Positions 36,138-46,374 of a stretch of DNA of 46,374 nt are shown piece after piece. The stretch's first letter is position 1, and each line of letters starts with the position of its first letter. The notes beneath the pieces are model-generated. The model was not told the DNA's origin, searched no databases, and was given only the letters and a program-made list of their open reading frames with translations. The stretch is from Sphaeroforma arctica JP610 (Eukaryota), in the NCBI RefSeq assembly GCF_001186125.1, contig NW_014040495.1, positions 68,201-114,574 on the forward strand. The letters are read 5' to 3'. The position numbers were made by a program, and so were the translations under genes.

Positions 36138-39100
36138 GTATGTATGAATGTATGTGTATGTATACATATATATCTGTGAGCATATTTCGGACAGATATTT
36201 GCTTAGAAGTATTCGCATAAGTACGTAACTTAAAACAGATTCTTATATATCCATTCACATGTTTTTGTATATATATCTTAAATATAGTGTATATTTAGTC
36301 GTACTTTGCATTGTTGTGCGTATCGAGAAAGAATCACCCTCTAGTAGGGCGAAATATGTATGAAGGCATAGGCATACATGTATGCTATATACTGTATACA
36401 TTGTCATAAATGAGTATATATGACTGTGTGTTTTGGATGCGACACGTCTGTTTATATTCTCTACGTATGTTTCTTCTAATTACAATCGCTACATGCGCAG
36501 CATAGTAGAATACTCCTGTCTACCTACATAAATATACAAAGAAGTACAATAATCCCACAAAACCTGCAGTGAAATGTGATTACATGTCCACACATCTGTA
36601 TGTGAGCACTTACATTTGCCTTCTCTGAAATAGCCCCGAGTGAATTTATCTTGTAGTGCGATTATAAAATCCTTATTCTCCTCCCCCTCATACGCCTGTT
36701 TATATCTCTTCGCTCGGTAGGGTATTCAATTTGTGTAAGCGCTTCTGAGGTCTCAATTGTCTTTTCTTTCGTAACGCATCATCTGCAGCTATGATGGACG
36801 GTGAGATGGCCCATGAGGACTGGATCTCACAAGCGGCGCCCAGGGCAAAGCCAATGCTATCTCCCGACCAGAAAGTGACGAACCTTCTCCTTCTAGAGGA
36901 GTCCGATCGAGCCAAGTACACGGCTTTCAAGTACAAGTATCTCGGTGCGTTTCTGACGGCCATGTTTGCAGACTGGATGAAAGGGGCGTACATATATGCC
37001 TTATATAGCCGGCATTACAACTATGATATGACGGAAATCGGGCAGCTTTTTATCGCTGGTTTCGGCTCGAGTCTGATCTTCGGAACATATGTGGGTAAGA
37101 TGTTTGACTGAGCTTACGATATTGAGTTCTACTTTTATATCAAATACTTGTACACACAAACCTGTGTTTTATATATATACCTAAGTTCCAAACCTATTTT
37201 CATACGCCCATTCGAATCCATCCTTGACACGAGTGGTTTCAAAATTTATACGTCTCACATGTCATACACATTTTCTTGGGATGAAAGTGGTTTAACCCAA
37301 CTCGATCTTTCTATAGGGCTCTCATTTCCCGCTTGACACTTGACACACATAGGATCACTCACTGATCGTATTGGACGGAAAGCAACATGCAGGCTTTACT
37401 GCATACTCTATATATTGGCCTGTATACTGAAAAACTGGAGGGATTTTCGGTTGCTGCTGGTATGTGTGTCTTTCATTTGTTTTGTTCTGGTTTTTTGTGG
37501 CACATTCTGTCTTGTTATCTTCCTGGGAAGCCAGGTGTGTTCTCTCTCTCGCTCTGTCATATCTGCTTATTGCTTGCTCCCAACAACAAACACATTTCTC
37601 CAGTTAGGACGAGTTCTGGCGGGGGTCTCGACGTCGATACTGTACACGGGGTTTGAATCCTGGGCCATCTCCGAATTCAATCATCTGAATCTGCCATATA
37701 AATTGGTATGCTCCTGCTTAGGCTACACCTCAGCATATACTCGTACCTGGAGCACAACCCACCTTGCTCCCATGCACGTGTGCACACAGCGCAGAAGTTT
37801 GCATTTTATCGTGATATCTATAGTCTGTACGATTGAGATACATCGCTAAGGCCCACTTCTCGCACACAACTCAGTTGTCCTCTGTATCTGTTTAATGCTT
37901 GATATGACACACTTCTCACACACAACTCAGTTGTCCTCTGTCTGTGTTTAATGCTTGATTTGACACACTTCTCACACACAACTCAGTTGTCCTCCGTCTC
38001 TGTTTAATGCTTGCTATGACACACTTCTCACACACAACTCAGTTGTCCTCTGTCTCTGTTGAATGCTTGTGTTGCACCCTGCAGTTGCGGGATCTCTTCC
38101 AGAAAGCGACCTTCTACAATGCGCTGACGGCCATCGTCGCAGGCTTCACCGCTGACTTCATCGCGAGAACGTATGCGCTTTAGTGGTACATGTGCTCTTA
38201 TGTGCATGCGAATGTATTGTTTTACGCTTTATTTATCACCTGTCACTTTATACGCGTGTTCCTACATCACCTTCCCGTGTGATCTCTTCTTATGCACTAT
38301 TACGCCATCTCATGCGTACCCACTGTTGAATCGTTGTGCCCTGGGGGCGGCCTATAAGGTGCCTGGTTCGCTATCAATCCTGTGTTTAATGGCTAAAAAT
38401 TTTAAGTTCATCTCCTGATTCACTGTTCCTTGCAGATTGTTTAGTGGTTGAAGAGTATAAGTTCATCTACTGATTCACTGTGTTCCTTGCAGATTGTTCA
38501 ATGGTTGAAGAGTATAATTTTATCTACTGATTCACTGTGTTCCTTGCAGATTGTTTAATGGTTGAAGAGTATAAGTTTATCTACTGATTCACTGTGTTCC
38601 TTGCAGATTGTTTAATTGTTGAAGAGTATAAGTTCATCTACTGATTCACTGTGTTCCTTGCAGATTGTTTAGTAGTTGAAGAGTATAAGTTCATCTACTG
38701 ATCCACTGTGTTCCTTGCAGATGGTCGCTGGTGGCCCCTTTTAATGCCGCCATCATACCTCTGAGTGTGTCATTTCTCGTCATCCAGTTGACGTGGCGAG
38801 AAAACTATGGTAACCAGACGGCAACTGTCAACGACAACCTGCACAAAGCTGTGGAGGCCATGATGCGCGACAAGAAGATTCTATATGTAAGTCTATGGAT
38901 GGATGGTCTACCCATGTCGTCGGGCCTTATCCGTATGATACAAACAGTCTGTTTAGAGCTCTGTTATATTGGTACAGCCGCCTGCGTTTGAGTAGGGCTC
39001 GCATGCATAAGCAACGCAGGCTAAGTGAGTTCCGCCAAGCACCCTTAGTGTGCAAGCTTGTGTATGACCCGCACACCAACATGCTGACTAATATACACTA

Positions 39101-41104
39101 CATAGTATATAAGCTGTGTCTGGAGACCCACGTCTAATGTTAACTTCCCGCCTACCTCCGTATAATCCACAGACTGGCATGATCTCGGGATTGTTTGAGG
39201 GTGTGATGTACGTGTTCGTCTTCATGTGGACACCCGCGCTCGAAGAATCCAAGGCAGACGTCTCGCACGGCTCAGTCTTTGCAGTCTTCATGGTCTGGAA
39301 GATGGCGGGCTCCTATGTGTTTACGGTACGTGTGCACGATTCACTGTTGCCTGCGTCAGTCAGGGAGAGCTATGCTTGTATCACTGTGGCCTTGAAGTGG
39401 TCCCTCTCGGCAGCAGCTACATAGCTTTGAACCACCCCTCTCCTCTATATATTGAGATACAAAATGAGACAGTATCCGGTCTGGCGAATGTGCGCTTAAT
39501 CGGAAGTGGCGCTTTTGGTGTGAGAACGTCGCGTGATCCGCGATACGCTTCATCTGGTTTTTTCTGCGGCGGTGTATTGGCTGTCTGTAGTCAGGTATGA
39601 CTGTGACACAACTACAACTCACTGACTGTGGCTCACTACACCCCATGGACTGCCTTACCACGCACACTACAGGTTGCGACAGAGGTATTAAAGGCGCACG
39701 AGTTCGCACGAGTGGTGTTTGCCATCGCCGCGGGTACGATGCTTGTGCCGGTCTTCCTAACGGGTGTCACCGAGGGATCGGCATACCTGCTGCTCTTTGT
39801 GGCGTTCTGCCTGTATGAGTGTTGCATAGGAATGTACTTCCCGACAATATCCATGATGCGCTCCAGATTTATCGACGACGATGTATGTCCGTCGTCTGCG
39901 ATATTATAGTGGGATGTTTTTGTATACGACTTCTACATGACTACAGTCATCGCTGGTAGTGTATGTGTGCTTGTGGTGGAATGTAATGTGCAAGGCTTCT
40001 ACGTATCTGCAGCTATCGCATATAGTGAGGTGACGCACCTTGTACGATTAGTTTACCCCCGTACACGCACTTCTGGCAGAAGGTTCAATCATCCCATATG
40101 GAGCTCACAGTACCGGCGTATTTGAAGCACAGCTAAGCTATAGGGCCAGGCTGACCTATTTATTGGCTTGGATACTCAAACACCTCTGTCGCTTTGGTAG
40201 GCATTTCTTGCTCGCTTCCCGTGCATGTAGCACACATCCAATGCAAGGAGGAAGCATGCATTGCACTTGTCACGCAGTCCCGTGTTCTCACACTGATATA
40301 CAACTTGTCCATTCCGTGGCTGTGCTCAGATACGTTCAACGACTATGAACCTATTCCGAGTGCCTCTGAATATTCTGGTGATGCTGACTCTGGTGAAAGT
40401 GGGCGACATGTCACAAGAGTTAGTCTTTCTGATCTGCGCCGTTGGCCTTCTGGTGTCGTCCTACGCTCTAGAGGTATGTGAACATGCAAACTAAGTTCAA
40501 ACACTTGTTCTCTACTTGTGCGTCAGTCTTTGCGTATGAGTCTATTTTTAGTTAGTTCTGCCTTTTTTTTATTTGGGTAGGTGTCGTGCTGTAGTTGAGA
40601 CTTTCACGGATCAATCGATTCTCTTCATAACTTCATGATAATAATTCTTCAGAACCCAACAAAATCGCTCATCTGCGTATGGCTTGCTTCCAGTGTGTCT
40701 TGTTCCATTCAAAATATATGTATGTCTTGTTCTATTCAAAATATATGTATGTCTTGTTGTGTCTTGTTCTATTCAAAATATATGTATGTTTTGTTCTATT
40801 CGAAATATACGGATGTCTTGTTATATTCATAATACACGTGTCTTTTTATGTCTTGTTCTATTCAAAATATACGTATGTCTTGTTATGTCTTGTTCTATTC
40901 AAAATATATGTATGTCTCCTTCTATTCAAATTGTACGTATGTCTTGTTCTATTCAATTATATGTATGCACTTTCCATGCTACAATCTTTCAGCTCCAACC
41001 CAAGTTATTAATCTGTTTGTGCGCTTCGTTTCAATTAACAGAAAGTATGTGCCATGTATGCCGCTGAAGGGCCGTCCACCGACCGCTCCGTGCATGCGAA
41101 CTAA
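34929..41104 (+). CDS. MFSD5: Molybdate-anion transporter-like MFS protein (MFSD5/MOT2 family), ~10 exons
   Basis: Exons 34929-35121 (N-terminal TM, inferred), 36789-37094, 37353-37459, 37604-37705, 38085-38170, 38721-38886, 39173-39325, 39673-39882, 40330-40473, 41042-41104 (last exon tentative). Motifs: ADWMKGAYIYALYS, LFIAGFGSS, GRVLAGVSTSILYTGFESW, VAPF, WRENYG, FEGVMYVFVFMWTPAL, YECCIGMYFP, NLFRVPLN. Confidence 0.9.
35344..36177. repeat. TA/TG microsatellites flanking N-gap 35485-35953
   Basis: Visible simple repeats and Ns in MFSD5 intron 1. Confidence 0.92.
37854..38070 (+). repeat. 56-bp minisatellite x4 in MFSD5 intron
   Basis: cacttctcacacacaactcagttgtcctc...tgtttaatgcttg..atgaca at 37854, 37910, 37966, 38022. 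Confidence 0.92.
38381..38720 (+). repeat. 57-bp minisatellite x6 ending at the true MFSD5 acceptor
   Basis: Unit attgtttaatggttgaagagtataagttcatctactgattcactgtgttccttgcag; CAG ends at 38435, 38492, 38549, 38606, 38663, 38720. Confidence 0.94.
40695..40968. repeat. Degenerate ~27-bp minisatellite in MFSD5 last intron
   Basis: tgtcttgttctattcaaaatatatgta repeated about 8-9 times with short inserts. Confidence 0.87.
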
Positions 41105-42701
41105 TAGTCATCACAGTGAACTCGCCGGTCTTACATTAGACATGTCATGCGTGAGCAACACACACGGTCCTATCAGTCTAATCAGTCGCTATGGCGTAGA
41201 GCTCGAGATGTTTATAAGCTTGCTCGCGCCCGTATAGTATCAATCCATACCGAGCCGTTATACAGGTAAGGATTTCGTATGCACCTGGGCCTGAGAAACC
41301 ATCGTGCTTCTCACCGGAAGAGAAGGCCAGCACTCTCTCACTGAGCATAAACAGAAGAGATGTATTTCATCTTTGTGCTCGGCGGGCTGCTCTGTTGTGC
41401 TATTTGGCCTCTGAGTAATACGTGGTGACTGTTAGTGTGCTGTTTGGGAGTGACTTGCAGAGTCTTAAGGTAGAGTGGCCACACACAAGTTGGTGCCTGT
41501 CAAGGTCATCGCCCCAGCCAGCTGGTGAAGCACCCAATCCGTCGACGATCGAACAGGAGTGCACGCATCTGGGAGTGATCCGTCTGAGTGATAGTGATAG
41601 TGTGTGGACTTACGACCGGTGGAATATAATTAGGACTCAATTTCAACTCCGCCCCACCTGCCAGCCAATAACTGGGATGTGTCCTTCCCATATTTGGCTC
41701 TGATGCAGGGCCTCTTGAGCTTACATCTGACATTCTGTGCAAGGGAGTGGGTATATCAGGCATGTAACATACGGGAGTAAGTATGTTAAGTCATTCGTTT
41801 CAGATAGTCAGTGTATCTGGCTATATGCCTTATAGCGAGTAAGCAATTCTATGCATGCAATGCGCGTGACTTGCCTTGAGGTGTGTGTGACCTTTCGGCA
41901 TTCCGGCAATGCCCCTACAGAAGCGAACAAATAGTTCAGAATGTGGTTGTACCTTGGTAAATAGCACCCATCATTCCATAATAATTACGCGGCTAGCGAG
42001 CTAGAGGCCATGATTTAACGTGCGCCGCTGCGTCATAGCGTCGCTCCGGTCTGGATTTGAGAGTACCGCTTGCAGATGCTAGCGCCACTTAGGGCGGCGC
42101 GAAACCAGTAGCGTGGTGACTAACGATGAATAAATGGAGAACTGGATTTGAACAAGCACAGCGGGATCTGCGTAGATTCGCATCTAGAAGACAACTCACA
42201 CTAATGCAAAAGCGATAGGCTAGCTGACCTGAGCTGAGAACTTTATGTAGGAAATTTCGTCTTCGAAATCTCGCGCGGAGTTGGTACTAATTAACACAGA
42301 ACAACTCATTTGAATGTGAAACTGTGTGCGGATCACTACATCATTTTCGTCCTCGACTATAAAGTGTCAGGGCTGGTCGATTTGGGTTTTTAGGCTTTTC
42401 TCTCGCGTTGCTTAGTCGTTAACCTGAGACGGCACGATTATCCCGCCTTCCAACACAGCGAACGCCAAACATTGCATTCTTCCGATGTTTTATTCCTTCA
42501 TTGATCTAGTCTACTGCAAATGTGTGCCACTTGTAAATCCCATAGCAGCTACTCTCTGGTTCACACAGGACAGGCCCCCTCCGTGGGCACTCGCTTGCAC
42601 TGCAGAAGCTCCCAATACACACTCTAATCCCGAATTTACGATCTAATTCCAATTTTAGGACCTAAATTACAATCTAAATATCAAATATCTATTTACACCC
42701 A

Positions 42702-45700
42702 TCACCGTTCTCGACTAATACTCTTCTTGGCCTTTGAGTTGACACTCCACGAGTCAACCGTGTACTTCTCCAGCACCTTCATTTGCGGCCGTACATAGGC
42801 GAAGAACAGTATGAATCCGATGGTTACGCAACCCCAGCTAACGGGATAGTACCCCTCTTGTATGGTCACACATTGTCCTCCTTCGATCTTCCCACATTGT
42901 GCCTTGCCTGTTTGTCGCGTATGAACGTAAAAATATATCCAGGGAGGATACGGGTTTGAATAGCGGTCTATAATTTAAAAGTATGCACAACTGGTAGAAC
43001 CGTAAAGGTAGACAGGTTTACCTCGAATAGGTGTGCCAAAGTGCACCAATGGGCGATACACAGTAAACCACAGACAGTAGGACGGTCAAAACAAAACAAA
43101 ACCCTAGATAGGATAAGAAGCAACTACCATCACGGACAGTGTAGGTGTGTGACTGCAACACCTTGAACCAGAAATTGAATGTATATCTCAGAAATCTCTT
43201 ACCTGCGTCGGTTACACACTCTCCGACTTCTGTCATATCTGGAGTCATGCACTCGGCGATGGTGAAGTAGTCTACCAGCTGTAGAGGGAACGTCATCGAG
43301 AGATTCGATCGTGTGAGTCTATGAATTAAGATCTTACGCTGTCTTAATGTACTCGCGTGTACAGCATGGTTGCCTACGGAAAGGTCATACTGCATTCACT
43401 ACTACACCTTTCTTAGAGTCCGTGGGGCGATAAACCACACGATAAACCTCTGTCACCCGAATAAACCCAGCTAGCTGCATCGTGCACTAACCGAGACACG
43501 CACACTCACCTTCAGTACAAAGTACTTCGGCCATGAACCGCCAAAGTTGGACATTGTATTGAGCAGAGTGAGGTAGGAGCCACCAATGCTCTCGTCGCTG
43601 ATACGAGCAAAGAAGGCACCCTGGTAAAAGCCAAATTGGTGAGGGTGTGAACCAACTAGATGGTGTAGGTAAGCTATGGGCGAATCTGTATGGCTAGATG
43701 GGAAGGTTGCAAATAACCTCCACGTGCGATCCGCTAATTCGGACGCAGACAAGACACTACAAAGCGATCGATTGATTGTCAATGTATGCCAGCGCCTGAA
43801 GATACACGGTGAAGAAGTCTATTCTTGGCTTAAATTCAAAATCAGGCAAATTTAGATGCGATGAGTTGACCGCGCCACAACACAATTTCTGGCTACTAAT
43901 GTTTGAATTGTGCGACATATATCTGCCATCGGGTATAGGCGACAGTAGTATGAAGAAAGCACACACATGATGAATAAATTTGTTCACTCGACAATCTGTG
44001 GCTGACGAATCCGAACTTAACCAACACATACCTGCGATACGAACATGGTTGTCGAACTGAACGACGACAGCAGCATGGAAAAGAGGACGTACATGAAGTA
44101 AGAACTCGTCACCACCCCATCTTCAGGGAAGGAGGCCACCACGTGCATGGCAACTATGCACATGACCAGGCGAAGGATCTGCGTACATGGAGTGCAGTAG
44201 AAGTCATCGGCTGTCAGCTGGTGTATGACAATGAGTCGCAAAATAGCGAAGAAGTGCTCAGGTCGACGGGAAGGCGTCTTTCGAATTCGCCACAATCGAG
44301 GGAATAACTAAACAGCGAACCAAAAAACGGATCGGCGTTCGCAGCCGTTGATACATCATGATGCAGGTCCTGGCACGCATACGCGAGGAGCGAAATTGCT
44401 GGCTCGCCACTGACAGTTAACCAGCCTACACCGATACGCCCACTCGTGTTAATATGTGACTTAAATGAAAAACGTATACATGGATACTCTACGAGTGTCT
44501 GAGCCCTCGGGAAGCCTGGATGCACGACAACACGTTTTAAACAACCACGTGCACCAAGCGACATACACACTGCTTGTATACCTACTTTCAGATAACATTA
44601 GAAAGCACTTCATTATTTAAAGACGCGCAGAGACATAGTTACCTGTGCATACAGCCATGGACGGGTAGGCCGAGAACCCCGGGACCACCTTGCGGCCCAA
44701 ATACCCAGAAATATCTGACAGGGGAAGTCCAGTAAGACTGCAGCGCGCATGGATGAAGGACAGCCCAATTCAGTGATATACAAGTGAAAAGTAGCAGCTA
44801 TATTGACAGCAATTCATTGCTACATAAACTAGCAACTGTGCTGATCTCGACGAAGTGCACACTGGTTTCTCTCCGTTTTGGGAGGACAAAAAAACTCAGC
44901 CAACCTTCAATGTCGGCATCTTACGTGTAGTCCTTAGATATAGGTCGCGAGTGTTTCAATCCAACGTACAGCTTGGCCGAGTTTTCTAATGCAAAACATA
45001 CCCGTGAAAGCGAGATCCTCCTTCTTAAAGCCCTTCTGGATGAGAAGAAGACCGGACACAGCATCGTTCGCCATGAAACCGATTTTGTACAACAAAAGCA
45101 CTCCACACAGACGGCGAACATTCGGCATTGACATCACCTGCCACATAGACCTGCAAACAATTGTGCATTTTACTGTAAGCAATCAGTACGATCATCACAG
45201 TTGATCAGCGTCTTGCAAGAGGCCCATCAGTCCCTGCATTTAACACCATAGATGCTTACTACCCCTACGATGTCTAAGACAGCAATAGCGTGGAGGGAAC
45301 ATAGGTGAAGCATGCGGAAGAAGGGGCTCAGAGGCAGACGCAAAGTTGCAACCGCTTGTGGAAAAGTTTGTGTTTGCAATCCAGCCGATGAGTGGTATAT
45401 TCTGTACCTACATATATTCACGCCGGCATGAAAGCATATGGGGATACAAGGTTGTTGTTGAATAAATCATGCAGGGGACGTAGAAATGAAAACGTGGGAC
45501 ACAGCGAAACAAAATATACCTATACGACTCGTGTACAGTCATGTCCACCTTAGTGGGCTGCTCTTTCTTCACCACGAGCAGCCAAAGGCTGACAAGTATA
45601 CTCAACAGACCCCAGAATTGCATGTAGGACCCCAACTGCAACAAGCCCAACTCTGAAGGCTCGCTTCTTATGAACCGATTGCAGAACTCGGCCGAATTGA

Positions 45701-45824
45701 AAGACAGGAACACGGTGAATGATAAGAAGTAGCCGCTGTTCAATCCAATTGTTTGACATGTCGATGCGTATTCTCGGTGTTCTGGAGGAAGTAGCTCCAA
45801 CGCCCATCCGTCTACAGCAATGTC
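42702..45824 (-). CDS. SLC33A1: Acetyl-CoA transporter (SLC33A1/AT-1), 3' part; 5' exons outside the window
   Basis: Exons 45824-45520, 45150-45002, 44737-44643, 44178-44032, 43620-43510, 43278-43203, 42907-42702. Motifs: DIAVDGWALELL, YASTCQTIG, SAEFCNRFIRS, MFVSQGAFFARISDESIGGSYLTLLNTMSNFGGSWP, GGQCVTIQEGYY. Confidence 0.93.
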
Positions 45825-46374
45825 CTGCGAAATAATTGGTGATGGGTAGCGTTAAAGTAGTAGTACAGATATAGAGCGATGTACTGCAAACACAAGCAGG
45901 TGGTTTTACGCGACCGTAATATCGTCGAACTCGATGACTAATACACTGAATCTAATGGGTGGATGGTGTGCTTCAAAAACATGATTTTGCATGAAGTACA
46001 CGACCACCGCCACATCAAAGGAGTTAATTATCCTCCACAGCACTACAAGATATTTTAACACTCCAAACATCAGTTCGTATTGCGGTCTATGTATGGCTGT
46101 TGAAACGCCTGAATCATCATGAGTTCGACATCTTGATGGAGTTGTACCGTTGCTTAGTTAAAATTGCCAGCATCCCAAAGAAAAAGTATTTACCGTGGTA
46201 TTGACTGTATCTATCTGATTTTTTGTGAGAGGCATCACACATTTAGACACATATATTAGCACCGCTGAAATATGCAAACTCAGAACCGTCCATACACATC
46301 AGCACTTACATTTTGTGTCTTACGATACGTCATAATACTTCAATGTGTATATATCATCACATAATCAAATGCTA

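Noticed and set aside
38381..38720. 57-bp array as a CRISPR array
   Set aside because: No unique spacers; the whole unit is repeated.
41266..41418. Alternative terminal MFSD5 exon
   Set aside because: It is in phase but begins with a strong donor sequence (gtaagg) and lies beyond a nearer acceptor at 41041 that gives a plausible short C-terminus; unresolved without transcripts.
28289..45824. Functional cluster of endomembrane proteins (TMBIM, MFSD5, SLC33A1)
   Set aside because: Unrelated housekeeping families with no shared pathway or regulatory evidence in the sequence; adjacency is probably chance.

Overview
Eukaryotic, intron-dense genomic DNA with GT-AG introns, abundant (TA)n/(TG)n microsatellites and three N-gaps. 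Gene content and architecture suggest a unicellular holozoan, possibly an ichthyosporean such as Sphaeroforma (inference). By manual exon stitching I recover: a 16-exon GPI ethanolamine-phosphate transferase (PIGG/GPI7, minus) head-to-head with a 7-exon centrin; a decayed ALO/GULO-family oxidase relic; a disrupted ORF with a possible MULE/FAR1-like Cys motif; a 212-bp hAT-like MITE inside a ~1.3-kb field of footprint-like 7-8-mers; an intronless secreted BBE-like FAD oxidase lacking both covalent-FAD residues; an 8x RanBP2-type zinc-finger protein and an unknown protein, head-to-head, both with mitochondrial-presequence-like N-termini; a TMBIM/Lifeguard gene; an MFSD5 gene whose introns carry tandem arrays of complete 3' splice sites; and the 3' part of SLC33A1. 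No rRNA, tRNA or CRISPR array is supported. All family calls are from motif recognition, not from database searches.
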